DNA of 63,903 nt, filler included, from Conidiobolus incongruus B7586 (lineage: Eukaryota): NCBI GenBank assembly GCA_000697335.1. It is 10 parts of 10 records of this genome, joined end to end, with 100 filler letters (N's around TTAATTAATTAA, not from the genome) between each part and the next. Parts side by side here need not be neighbours in the genome. Positions count along the whole stretch, not along the records: positions 1,620 to 22,691 come from JNEM01007108.1; positions 22,792 to 23,886 come from JNEM01007109.1; positions 23,987 to 31,184 come from JNEM01007111.1; 7 more parts are not named here. The stretch is one strand, 5' to 3'. The translations under genes and the position numbers were made by a program. The notes beneath the pieces are model-generated. The model was not told where the DNA came from, searched no databases, and saw nothing but the letters and a program-made list of their open reading frames with translations. Below, one piece after another: positions 13,401-27,698 of this stretch; position 1 is the first letter of the stretch; each line of letters begins with the position of its first letter.

Positions 13401-15337
13401 TCTGATATTTTCAAATAAAAATTAATTAACAAAATATATATTATTGTATTATATCATATTCATAATCATCCATTATTAATTATATTCAATTTTTATATTA
13501 ATTCATATATTCAAATTTTGAAATAATTTAAAAATTATTTCAAAATATATTTTCAAATAAATTTAAATTATATCTAAGTAAAAAAATATCTTTACTTAAT
13601 ATAATATTTTTTTGAACTTTCAAATTATTTAATCAAATTAAATATTATTATAATGGAATATAATTATTTATTATTTTGTTTTAATATAAGTTTATATAAT
13701 TTCTTTAAATTATTTTACTTAACTATTTAAAACTATTAAATATATAAAGGCTTATATTTCAAGAGGATGCTTGGTATTATAATCAAATTCAATTTTTTAA
13801 TTCAATAAGGTCTTCTTTAATAATTTTTCTCTTATTAATTTTGAAATTATAATTAATAATTAAAAAACTTTTAATTTAATATTATATTTCAAAAATACCT
13901 GTCCATCTAGACTTGATAGTTAAGTCCATATTACCTCCCATTTATAGTAGATTTGTAGGTCCATAATCAAATAATATTCTTTTTTTTAGTTCTTATCCAA
14001 AACCTATGTCATTTACTGAATGAATTATTTAAACTCAGAAGTGGTAAGGATAAAAAAAGGTTCTAATTTTCCTGGATATTTTGCTATAATGTCTTAACTA
14101 TAAATATATTTTAAGATATATAGTCCTAATATATTAAAGAGTAGGATTAATAAATAATTTATTAAATTTTATTACAGGTGCTTTTTTAGCAATAATCTTT
14201 GTTTACAAGACTTATTATAAAATATAACACTAATATAAAAACATTTAATTTTTATATTTTTGTCAATTCAATTATAAGTCTTATTTAATTTTTTGATATT
14301 TTTATAATAATAATTTCAAACAAATAATGATAAATTTGTATGAATATTAAAATTTTTCTTTTTAAAACTATTAGAATTTATAAAAATAATAACTAGATTT
14401 AAAAAAACTAAATAATAGTTTAAATTATTAATAAAGTACTAGTATGTTTAAAAACTATTATATTAAATCAATAATAATAATAATAATAATAATAATAATT
14501 GATTTTAAAAGCCTAGGATTTTATAATAATTGAAATTTAAATGATTATAATTAGTTTAATTATTTTTAATAAAATTAACAATATATGGAATACCTATTTA
14601 GAGTTTTTTGATTATAAATCTTTTAATAAAAACATGTATATTTTTAATATTTGTCAATTTTTTGGATATATTCCTTAATATTGATTAATAATATTTTGAT
14701 TTGTAATTTGAACTATTAAATTTTAATTATGACTGACCTTTGATATCCAGTTATAAGCTTATCTTTGATCAAAATATTGCACTTATCTAAATCTTTCAAT
14801 AAATACTAGGATAAAAGCCCTTCATATATCTTCAGCAAATTATGATTAATTTTGCTGAAAGGCTTATTTCAAAAATAATATTTGATAAAGGATCCTTGAT
14901 AAATTTTATCTAAGATCAAGTAACGCAAAAAATGTATAATTTCATTCAAAGAATGTGAAGTCCCCTGATGATATTGGATTTAATTCTTATAATTTAATCA
15001 CAATAATTCTGTACCTTGTTTTAGAAAATGAGGTTCATGCTTTGCCTTAGTATGAAATTAGACTATCTCACTGTGTTTCCAAAACTATTTTAGCTACCTG
15101 ATAAAAATTGAAAATTGGATCGATTTTCTATTTTGAAGATCAATAATTATTCAATGATCGACCAATAGTGAATGTATTGATAAAGTTATTGAATTGTGAA
15201 CATTAGCAAATATAACGAAATATGTTTATGCGATTTTCAATTTATAGAAGTATTATATTCACATGATATTTATCTTTGATCGATTACATTTATATTTGAT
15301 CAAATAATAGTTTATATGGAAATATTTGATTAACTAT

Positions 15338-16119
15338 TATATTTGAATCATATTTGAAAATTCTCAAATAATTTGCTACTAAAATCTAGTTTTCATAAAT
15401 CATTGATATGGATAAATAATTATATTCAAACTTCAAACCACCTTGATTGTATTTAGTTATATTCAATACTATAGTGGTATTAATTGATTATCTTTAGGTT
15501 AATAATTTAGAGTTCTAGTATATTATTATAGTATGTTATCACTAAACCTATTTCTTTCTTCTCTTACGTTGTAGCCCAGAAGGTTCCATTAATATAAACT
15601 TAAACTCGTTGTTGTTGTTAGATCTGTTTTTATAATCTCTCTTGATCTTATGAACGTCTTCTGGGCAGTCTCTTCTAAAGTAAGGATGATAGAAAGCTGA
15701 ACACTTGCTCATAGGTCCTTCTTTATTGCGTCGAAGGTCAGTGATCCTTGAAAAGCCATAAGCCTAGTAAAATAATCAAATTCAAAAAAAATAACAGATT
15801 TGAAAAATAAGTATAAGTACCAGCAATTGGCGAGAGAAAGAGTACATACTCTTGTTCTTAAAACTAGCGTGTAGCTCATGTTGAGCAAATAATTCATTAT
15901 CAGGAATGTAGAAACTATCACCTTCTTGTGACCATTTAATATACTCCGAATTATTGACTACACTAAAAAAGGTTAGATTCGAGAAGAGTAAGGTCAGCAA
16001 AATGAAGAAAGATCCTCAAAAATTAATGGAGCTCTTCTAAAGATCTATGGTAAGTGTACTTACTGGTATAATTTTTTTGGAAATGATTCAGATTTTGGCA
16101 TATTTCATTCAATATAACC
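15338..16119. repeat. Left arm of ~782-bp inverted duplication (partner 20015-20796)
   Basis: Mirror coordinates sum to 36134; identical ORFs in the track; introns and 3' flank appear identical by eye. Confidence 0.92.
15548..16101 (-). CDS. Small HSF-type DBD protein, copy 2 (131 aa; exons 16101-16064, 15962-15821, 15763-15548)
   Basis: Reverse complement of copy 3; HSF DBD motifs; C-terminal RKRRKK. Confidence 0.88.
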
Positions 16120-19100
16120 AACAGGGACCCAGTGAACAGTGTACTGACCTAGTGGGTGACAAAATTCAGGCAATAGGGTTAGTGGAAATGCTGCCTGATC
16201 AATTTATCGATTATTAACTGTAAATTAGTATCAATCGAATAATAGATCAATATTTAAAAGAGAGTAAACCTAATTGAAAATGTAAGTTAACTAATAAAAA
16301 ATTCGAATCAATTTTTAATCTTATTTTTTTAAAATTTCAATATTAAGTTTATTTGATATTAAACTTCTTTATTAGGAAATCTTTTGTAAATTTTAATCTT
16401 GTGATATATCATTATTAATCAGAATGCACTATTGGTTGATAATGAATTATGTCAGTATGAGTTTGATGGTTAGTTAATTGTTTATTTAAACTAAGTCAAA
16501 CCAATTTCAATTAAACTAAAAACTGTTTTAGTTAATAAATATATATTTTTCTCCTGAGTCCTTAGATATTTTATTCTAAAATGAAACAAACATTCTGAGT
16601 GAATTTGAATTTCTTAATTTAGTAAATTCATTCCGAAAATTTATAGATTATTAAAGAAATTATACAAATCAGAGTATACTAGATAGATTGAATAGTTTCA
16701 GGAAGTTCAATTCAATACTGTTTATTATTGAAAATTGGATCTTTTGAAAATCTAACAAATCCAAATTATTTGATAATCGATGGATTATTATTTTTCTTCA
16801 CCCAACATTCTACATTCGATTAATAATTAAGATAAATAATTTTTAAATATTTATAAATATAATTCGGTATATAATACATTTTAGCTATATCAAAATGTTA
16901 AATATACTTGTTTGATTATATAACAAATTTTAAAATTTTTACCTTAAATCATGCATTAGTTAAAATTTTAACTAATAAAAATGTGTAAAAGGTCAAGTAA
17001 CGAAATTGGCTTATCCAGTATGTAATTAATAATCAGTTAATATACAAAAAATTTATTTCATAATGTACTGTGATATAAAAATGATTAAATATATTCGAAA
17101 TATACTATGTGAACTTGATATTGTTAAGATTTGAATTTTGTTACTTGATTTTTATTCACATCAACTTGGTTTTAAACTATTTATACATGTTCAGTCAAAA
17201 TTTTAATTTTTTTCTATCACAATTGTTATATGAGCAAGCTTATTCCAATATAGTATGAATTTTGAATTATAACACAAGTTATTATAATAATCAAATATTT
17301 TTTAATTAATTCAATATATTTAAGCTTTCAAATTAATTAAATGTATTAAATACCTCCTCAATCATCCACTATATTTTAGTGTCAAATTCATTTATATCAA
17401 TATTTATTTACAATATCGATATGAATTAAATTTTCTTTTTGAATGATCCTTATCTTTGAGCTCTTTCAAGTATAGTTGGTCAAGTTAAAAGTATAATATA
17501 TCAGAAAGCTCTCCAGTAATTATATCAAGATAATCATCAAACGGTTGTCATTAAGATAGGCACTAAACCATAAAATTAACTGATTTAAATTATCTGAAAT
17601 TTTCAAAAAAAATATGATGTTTTAAAAAAGATCTTAGTAATACAAGATGGAATTTTGAATAGCTATAAAATCGTTCATTACATAATCTTAGCATTATCTG
17701 TAACTTTTAATAAAAAACTATTATAATATAATTTATATTGCTTGAGATCAATATAAATTAAGTTTTATTATTTGTAACATTAATATTTTTATGTAAATAA
17801 ATTAAATTCACATGATACAAATATTAATCTCAATATTAAAAAATTTATTATTTTTTTAATATTACTTTACCCTATTTAATTAATAATAGCACTTTTAATA
17901 ATTTCTATAGATAATCAAGTTTAAATGGTATATTATAATGTCAGCAATAATTATGTATATATTACCATTGATTTAACTTTCTAATATTGCTTATAACAAT
18001 ATTTATAGAATAGGTGACTATTTTTCATCAAATATTTTGATAAATTAATAAAATACCTTGTTTATATTGATTATGAATTTGAAATTTAAAAATCTAATCA
18101 AGATAATATAATTTAATGATCAGAACTGAAAATTTGGAATAAGAAATCTTTGGTTCTAGTCTTGAAAACTTAGAGAATATATAAATATTGTGTTATAAAT
18201 AATATTGGACTACTTTAACGATTGATTACATAAAAAAATATAAATTTGTGCTAATTTGTTATGATATACCTATAAAATCTTCAATGCTCCAACCTATGTG
18301 AGAATAATAATAATAATATCTCACCTATATATATAATCCTTAAATATAAATCATTATATGAAATATATTAAAATAACAGTTATGAATATTAATAATATCA
18401 TTGTATCTAACCATATATTTTCATATTGAATATTGATCAAATACTATACCTTGACTTAATTCTAAAAATATTGACACAGTAATATAATACTGTATTACTT
18501 TATATACCCTGTTGGATTTTAAATAAAGATATTTAAATAAAAAACCTAGAAAATATTCTATTTATATTTTTTGAATTTTTTAACATTTTTTATATTATAA
18601 TCATGAGAAATTAACTCTTCCATTAGTTATGAATTATGATTAAATTATGCTAAAACATAAATTTATCAGAGAATTTGTTGTGATTTAGTTATAAATACAG
18701 TAGTTACACTATTCTTTATATATTTCTGTATTATTTAATATCTTAATGCTTTAACTGTTGATAATAAGATTTAAGTTTTATAATTATACTGATAACCCCT
18801 CCATGTATTAATACATTATGATCAATAATTGTATTGAAAAAATATATTATTCAAAATCAATTATATTTTTATATATTCCTACCTGCAACTCGAAACTAGA
18901 AATATTTTATCATAATAAATTTTCCTAAATTCATATTTAATCATTAATATGTTTCACATTTGTTCCAAATTAATGTGAAAAATATATTGGTTTAATTGAA
19001 TTTTTACATATATGATATATTAAATTACTCATAGTTAATTAATATTCAAAACAATCACTAAAAAGAATAATTGTGCATAATATTTTTATGTTGTTGATTT

Positions 19101-20014
19101 AAATTTGACTAAAATATATATATGTATGTTTGTATCTTCGAACGTACCTCAATTATTTAGTATTGAATCATATTCAACAAATTCTAAACTGCTTAATTAT
19201 TTATTATAAAAGGTGATCAATTAATTTTATAGGCATATAAGCAATTCAACAAACTGCCTTGGCTATTTTAAATTATTCAAATTTGAACATTACCTTATTT
19301 TTTTAATTAAATGATAATTATATTTATAATTTTTAAGAGTATTATTTGAATTCTTTCATATTATATTTATTTATATTAAATGAACTATATTAAATTACCT
19401 GATAAAACTTGAATGAATTCAAAAATTTTCAAACTCATATCCTTTTTTTGTCTCAGAAGTAAATTTTATTTAATAAAAGCATTATTTAAACTTAATGTAC
19501 CTTTTAAATAATATTGTTATTATTATATATGATTAAATATCTCATTAAACTTGTGTAATAAAATAAAAACAAAATTAAATTGAATTTTACAAGTGTTTAG
19601 GATAGTCAAAAAAATATTTTTCTAATATTTTGATTGAAAATTAATTAATTTGATGATCGATCATGATTCAAATATATGTAACTTAAATCACTGACCTAAT
19701 CAATCAACAAAAATATCGATGTATTAAGTTAATATTAATTAATTATTAAATTTAAACTTGTAATCATTACGAAATATAAGTTTAATCTTAGCCTGATTGA
19801 AATATTTGGATTTTAGTAGAATAACAAAAAATTATTTATATATTTAACTAGATAACTTTCACTTTTTCAAGCATATGCGATTGTCTAATCGTAAACAGAT
19901 ACTTATTTCATATTAATTTGGTATTTGTTTTAAACTAATTAAATTAATAAACTTCACTCACCTTCTAATATATTTTGTCCCACTTTAAGTAATCGGTTGG
20001 CTTGGTCCCATGTC

Positions 20015-20796
20015 GGTTATATTGAATGAAATATGCCAAAATCTGAATCATTTCCAAAAAAATTATACCAGTAAGTACACTTACCATAGATCTTTAGAAG
20101 AGCTCCATTAATTTTTGAGGATCTTTCTTCATTTTGCTGACCTTACTCTTCTCGAATCTAACCTTTTTTAGTGTAGTCAATAATTCGGAGTATATTAAAT
20201 GGTCACAAGAAGGTGATAGTTTCTACATTCCTGATAATGAATTATTTGCTCAACATGAGCTACACGCTAGTTTTAAGAACAAGAGTATGTACTCTTTCTC
20301 TCGCCAATTGCTGGTACTTATACTTATTTTTCAAATCTGTTATTTTTTTTGAATTTGATTATTTTACTAGGCTTATGGCTTTTCAAGGATCACTGACCTT
20401 CGACGCAATAAAGAAGGACCTATGAGCAAGTGTTCAGCTTTCTATCATCCTTACTTTAGAAGAGACTGCCCAGAAGACGTTCATAAGATCAAGAGAGATT
20501 ATAAAAACAGATCTAACAACAACAACGAGTTTAAGTTTATATTAATGGAACCTTCTGGGCTACAACGTAAGAGAAGAAAGAAATAGGTTTAGTGATAACA
20601 TACTATAATAATATACTAGAACTCTAAATTATTAACCTAAAGATAATCAATTAATACCACTATAGTATTGAATATAACTAAATACAATCAAGGTGGTTTG
20701 AAGTTTGAATATAATTATTTATCCATATCAATGATTTATGAAAACTAGATTTTAGTAGCAAATTATTTGAGAATTTTCAAATATGATTCAAATATA
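20015..20796. repeat. Right arm of inverted duplication
   Basis: Identity to 15338-16119 starts at GGTTATATTGAATG and ends abruptly after GATTCAAATATA. Confidence 0.92.
20033..20586 (+). CDS. Small HSF-type DBD protein, copy 3 (131 aa; exons 20033-20070, 20172-20313, 20371-20586)
   Basis: MPKSESFPKKLYHVVNNSEYIKWSQEGDSFYIPDNELFAQHELHASFKNKSMYSFSRQLLAYGFSRITDLRRNKEGPMSKCSAFYHPYFRRDCPEDVHKIKR...QRKRRKK*. Confidence 0.88.
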
Positions 20797-22791
20797 TTCT
20801 TTTAAGTATTTTAAGTACTTAGTTATTCAACTACATTCACAAATACAAATTAATCGAAATTTTCTTCAAATTTATTTTGATTGGTCAAATCATTTTTGTA
20901 CATTAATAAGTATTTTGGGTAATCGTAATAGCGATATAATCACGAGTAAATTAATTCTAGAAAAATAAATAAATAATAAAGTATCATGGAGCTATTAACA
21001 TATAGTTTTATTAAGATCATTTAATATTTATCACGAACATAATGGATATAAATTATTTAATCAGATTGTATTTTAAAATTAAAATATCAAATTCAATATT
21101 TATTTTTACAATATTTAATAGTAATTTTTCTAGAAATTTCATTCCTTATTACAATAACATAAATAATTATCAAATTAATTTTTATTCAAATCAATGAAAT
21201 AGCATAATTAATAGCTGATAAAATTCTATAAGGTCTACCTTTAATGTATTTTTCAACACTTTGAAAATTAATATAATTAATTTTATTTCCTCAACTTAAT
21301 TCATTGCGATTTATTCAATCTATAATTGAAGAATATACTACTCCAAAATTTATAGTTATTTCGAATTTTTATTATAATATAATAAAAAAAGTCAGAGCAA
21401 ATGTGATATCATTTTAATAATTAATATTATCCTCTTTTCTTAATAACACAATCCAATACTAAAGGTAATTGCTTAACCCTTTTAGCTTTTTACAATTCTT
21501 CTAAATTATTTCTTTAATTTTATATTAAAGTTCAAATACTATCAGATCACTTTTCTTGAATTATATTTTATAATTTATTAAAATAATTATAATCATAGGG
21601 ATTTATATTTGGTGAGTACAGAGAATAGAGTAATATTGACTAGTTCTTTTTAATAATTAAAGTTTTAATAACTTTAGTTTGATATAAAGCTATATTTATT
21701 TAATGTAAAAACTCTTATAATTAAATAAAATTTTAAATTTATATTAATATTGCAATCCAGCTTTTGACTCTAATTCCATTAAATTATAATTATTGTAATG
21801 TTGTGATTTTTGTCTTGATATAATGATATTCTTTTAAAATCAAAACCAAACTACCATCATAATTATCAATTTATCAAATATTACAGCTATAAATATCTAG
21901 TTTAGCTCAAGGATATTAACTTGAGCAAAACATCTATTATATTAAATTCAATCATATTTAAGTTTATATCTTGTCTAATATTATAATTATAAGATAAGTT
22001 ATATTATCCAAGTGCTGGAAACTAAGATAACTATATCAAGTTAGAGTATTGGTAAATTATAGGATTAGGGTATAGTTATAAAGTTTTATTAGAAATTCTT
22101 GATTAAGATTTAAAGTTAGTTTCCTTCAGATAAATAGATAGCTGGATAAATAGATAAGTGAATAGATAAATAATTCCTTAATATATTTCCTTTTTTTCCA
22201 TACTAAGATAAGAACGGGTCAATATAAAGGAAAATAGGATAAGAGGTAAATTATAGGTTCATTAATATAAAAAATAAATATATATATGAGTTAATTTGAT
22301 ATATATATGATATAGGTTTTTTAATCAAAATTTCAAAATATAAGATTAAAATATGATAATCCTTAAAAAACTAGAAAATAATATCAATAACAATAGTTAT
22401 TTCTAATGTTTATATCTTTATATAATTTTATTATGGATTATAATTTTTATTATTTTAAAAAATTATTTAAGCTTAATTTAACCTAAAATATATGATTTAT
22501 ATATATTAACCTATAAAAATAAGTTATAAAATTAAAAATATTTATATTTTTATGATTTACTTAATTAATTTCATTTAAATAGATTTATATTGAAATTATT
22601 TAATTAATATATATATTTTTATAACATAATATATGAAGTTAAATTTAATTAATTATTAACTAATATATTAAAATTAAAAATATATTTAAAANNNNNNNNN
22701 NNNNNNNNNNNNNNNNNNNNNNNNNNNNNNNNNNNTTAATTAATTAANNNNNNNNNNNNNNNNNNNNNNNNNNNNNNNNNNNNNNNNNNNN

Positions 22792-23830
22792 ATAATATTG
22801 TTAGAATTACTAATGCTAGTTAGTTTATTATAATTAAGGTTGTTAAGAATAAAATTAAAAATAACAATATATTTAAACTTAAAGTATGTTAAAATTATAA
22901 ATAAATATAATAAAAAGTATATTTGTAGGTTAGTTAATATAAGCAAATATAATATTATTATAGAAATACAACAGGATTAATTAAAATATATAAAAATATT
23001 AGTTAACATTAATATTATTATATATGTTTTATTTTAATATAGATATCACTTATATTTTATGAAAAAACATCCTAAATTAAAAAAATCCTATTATAAAGTT
23101 AGGTAAGAGTTTAAATATTGCTATTAATATTAAACTAAACCTAATTAGAGTAAAGCTATTTAGTTTAATAAAGCAAAAATATTCTTTAGTAAATTTAATA
23201 AAAAACTAGATATTTTAAAAAAGATACAAAATTACTTTGTAACTATTATGATAATTTTACTTAAAAATATAATAATAGGTTAACTATTATTTAAGGATAT
23301 ATTTTATTTTTAAATATTAGGTATTTTTATTAAGTTAATAGAGGAATTAATACTGAAATATATAAAAGTATTTTAAACAATAAATTGAAAAAAATTATTA
23401 AATAGTATAGGTTAAATATATTTAATATCATTTTTTAGTAAAATAATACCTTTTGTTATATTATAGCTATTACTACCAAATAAATTAAAAATAACAAGAT
23501 AATAGTAATACAGTAGCTTTTTTAATTTCTTAACCTTAACCTAATTAAATATCTTTAGGATTAGTTAAAAAAAGCTATTAAAGCTTTCCCTCAAATAAAA
23601 AGATTTAAATTAGTTTTAAAAATATATTTAAGAAATATAAAACAAGATTAACCCTTCTTAATATAAAATATTAGTTCATTCTATATCTTATCAACTTAAA
23701 AAAGTTAAAAAACTAAAGGTAGATATATTAGGTTTTAATTTTTTTTATCATCAAAAACCTATAAATTTATAATTTATCTTAGGTAAAATTTGAAGATTTA
23801 TATTTTAACCAACTAATAGTTAAATATTAT
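22792..23830 (+). mobile_element. Decayed Tc1-like (DDE) transposon; limits approximate
   Basis: TTT TAG TAA AAT AAT ACC TTT TGT TAT (~23433) reverts by transitions to FQQDNAPCH; CTT AAC CTT AAC CTA ATT AAA TAT CTT TAG (~23529) reverts to PDLNPIEHLW. Inverted fragment of the same family at 36277-36373. Confidence 0.75.
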
Positions 23831-24319
23831 CATTTAATAATATATATTATTAATAAATATAATATATTTTAATTATTTAAGTTTATNNNNNNNNNNNNNN
23901 NNNNNNNNNNNNNNNNNNNNNNNNNNNNNNTTAATTAATTAANNNNNNNNNNNNNNNNNNNNNNNNNNNNNNNNNNNNNNNNNNNNAATTATATAATTTA
24001 ATAAAAATTAAGTAAATTAACATAGTTGAATTCAATAAATACCTTGTTAATAAATATATTAAGTAAGTATATTATTGATTAATTTATTTTAAATTGATAA
24101 ATTATTAATAACTTTGAAATTAAAGAAAAATATTATAAACATTAATAATATTAAAATATATTATATGAATAATATATAATTAAATTATATTTTTAATAAT
24201 GTTTATTTAATAAGATATTTTTTTTAACTATTTCAATAAATATTTATTCACTTTATATAAGGCTTTTATAATTATAGTTTAATCATATTGATTTTAACTA
24301 TTTACTATATTAACAATTT

Positions 24320-24800
24320 GATGGAGAATAATCCTGTCAATTACTCAAGAAACTCCGATTACCGCAGGATTTGCGAAGTCACATTGGAGATATCACATCC
24401 CATGAACTAGTTGATCCTATTACTTTCCGCCTGTAAGTCATTCATGTCCACAAAAATCAACAATGGAACCTAATATAAGATTATCATAAGCAAACTAATA
24501 AACATATCTTCTATCTTCATTTTCAAAAGTATACCGTCTCTAAGTTTTTCTCGTAACCCTCACAAAAGTGTTGAGTCGTGACGAGCGTGAGATATTTACT
24601 TTATTCAAAGAACCCAATTCGTAACAAGTCATTTTCACCTACTTTGGTGAACCCCAATAATTTCCCTTAATTACGTGGTAATTTATCGTTTACCACTGGC
24701 GATTCCCCGTTTAAGCTCGTAAAACCCATTGTTGTCAGTGTTAACACCCGACAAATTATATAAATTGACAGGGATTAGACTTCCCCATTGGAAGTAATCC
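24320..24800 (+). ncRNA. Candidate ~480-nt structured ncRNA (unassigned)
   Basis: Terminal pairing CCUGUCAAUU/AAUUGACAGG; internal CUCCGAU/AUUGGAG, CAUGAA/UUCAUG, AAAGUA/UACUUU, CUCGU/ACGAG, UUCACC/GGUGAA, GUGGUAA/UUACCAC; 3' hairpin ACUUCC/GGAAGU; no ORF; sharp GC island. Confidence 0.55.
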
Positions 24801-27698
24801 TATAAAAATATACAGGGTAATAGGTATAAAAGCCAAAAAGATAAATAAAAGATAAAGAAAGAGTAAAGTTTAAGTTAATAAAAATAGAGGAGAGGTCTAT
24901 TTAGGAAAGTCAGATGGTTTGAATATCTTAAACTCATTAAACTATGGTTTATAAAATGGATTTTTTAAAATATCACCAGTTTTTGGGAAAAGGGACTAAA
25001 ATATCCTTTTGAAAATTAAACTTTAATAATAAATTAATAATTAAATATAAATTTTTAAAAAAATAAAATATTATTAATCAAACTAATAATAGCGAATATA
25101 ATCTATTATATTAGATATATTTTAAATTTCAATATATATAATAGAAATTTACATAGATATTTATTAATTATTTTATTTAAAGATATATATAGTTTAATAT
25201 TTACTTCAATTGAGGTATTATTCAAATTATGTTTTAATTGCCTTATTAATAAGTATTTATCAATAATTTATTATAAGATTTATTTAATATAGATTTAATT
25301 AAATTATATTAATTATAAATAATAATTAAAAATATTTAAATAATTATGATTGAATAATAAATATTAATTTTTTTAATATAATGAAAAATATATTTTTATA
25401 TTTTTTTTAAAAAATTAAGTAAAATTTATTTTTTTTGTAAAATTTATTTATTATATAAATAATGATAGATTAACTTTTTTGATACATATTTCTTTATTTT
25501 TATGAAAACTTAATATAAATAAAATTAATCAATTATATATTATTAAAAACTAATGCTAATATGCAATATATTATAAAATATTTAAAAATTGATGGTTTTA
25601 TCTTATTTATTGATGTTTTATAAAAAACTTAATTAATAAATATTATAAATTTATTATTGAAATATCTTTTATTTAAAGTAATTACAAATAAAATTTTATA
25701 AAAAATATCAGATTAAACTAATTTTACTATATGAATTGAATTGAATCTAACAATTATTATAATTCTTTTTTTTCAAATTCAATATTATTTCTTAATATAT
25801 TAAAATATATTGATTTTAAAAACTTTATAATAATTTTGATTAAACACTATTTATTATATTTTGCTCTTTTTTACTCACTATAATTATAAAAAATATTTTC
25901 CTAAAGAAGTTAATTTAATCAATTAATTTTAAGTCTTTATTTGAATTTTATACTATAAGTTTATTATTATTAATACTTTATTAAAGTCAAAAATTAAAAA
26001 AATCATATCTTAAATAAAAAAATATAAAATGATTATTTAATCAAATTATAGTTTTAATATTATAATTATTGAAAATTAATAAATTTTCTCATATTAAAAT
26101 TATAAAATATTATATAATTTTTATTGAACATTGATTGCACTATAAATGATTAAATATATTAAAAATATTTCATAATAATAATAATAATAATTCAAAATTT
26201 AATTAAATCAAATATAGTAATTGTATCACTCATTAACTATTATTTTTAAGGTTTATAATTAATCAAGAATAAACCAATAAACATATTAAACAGGCTTATT
26301 TTTTCAATTTAATTTCAAGTCATATTATACAATTAATTTATTATATACACCATGATTGATTTTCTAAGCGAATAAAAATTTAAGACAATGATTAATTAAG
26401 CAAAATATCTTAAGAAAAAAAAATTTGGTTTATAATAGAGAAAATTTCAATCAAAATAAAACTTAATAAATGTATTGATGTTAATATTTTTGTAATCAAA
26501 GTAATTTTTTTTCAGAACCAATATATAATGAAAAAGTAATTATCAATGATATGTAATTAATAAATTTGGAAATATGGTTTTAATTATAATAATATTCGAA
26601 TGGTAGATTATGATAAATCTTTTATTACATTAATTAAAATTCCCAAAACATTTAAAACATATATAACATCATCATTCAAGAATAAGCAAAATAATTCTTT
26701 TGTTACTTAAAATATTAGTACATGAACATAGATTGGATAGACTTATGAATTAACATATTTTAATAAATATTAGATTATAACAATAAGTTCAAAAATATGA
26801 AATAATTGCTAATATTTTCTTAATTAAATAATAAGCGGGATGGTAATAATTTAGAATATTTTAGAACATTAAAAAATTATTCAAGACAGAATTCTTATCA
26901 ATGCCTAAATTAAATTAATATAAATTATTTAATATTTCTTTAAAACAATAGTATGATAATGAATATGCTGTCTTTAATTGCTTAAGGAAAAGAATTAGAA
27001 GCGACTTGAAATATTATCGGTTAAAGTTATGATTATTAAATAGAAAATTATTTGAATTACGCACCTAATTAAGCTATCTCAATTTCATTCCATTAGAGTG
27101 ATATCAAAGAATGAGATATTCTTCAGAAAAATAGAAAATATAATTTATTGTTCAAAATTAAATATTCTGATATTGATAAACTGGTAAAAAATGGATGAAT
27201 TACAAAATTTTAAACTATAAAAAATATTTTTGAATTCTAAAACTTGAATTTTATTCCTCAATTAGAATATAATAAATATTTTCAATACGCTTCATACACA
27301 AAATATTTTATTTTTCAATTTTTATAAAATTCAACTCCAATCTCAATCAAGTTTTTGATTTCATATATTGATTGGTAATTTCAATTAATATCCATAAGTC
27401 ACTTAAATCTACCAAATGATTTAATTGTCGAATTTTGCAGTATCCACATTTATTAGAAAATGTAACTTATCTTCCAATAATATTTATGAGCAAAATTAAA
27501 AGAGTTGCTCCACGAATTATTAGTCAAATATTCTAATACTTTATAGTTATAATGAATCAATTTTTTATTAGAATGTAAATTATTTTTAGGATTATATAAT
27601 ATTTCATCAAATAATAATTGTCACAATTTCTATCCAATAAATTTTAATTATCAGAACAAACTTTTGGTTCATTTGACAATAAATATTTACATTTTCAA

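Noticed and set aside
13700..14750. Probable further decayed transposon
   Set aside because: Composition is relic-like but I could not recover a diagnostic motif or termini.
24608..24625. AACCCAAUUC resembling RNase P CR-V
   Set aside because: No matching CR-I/P4 partner of canonical form and it lies far from the terminal helix.
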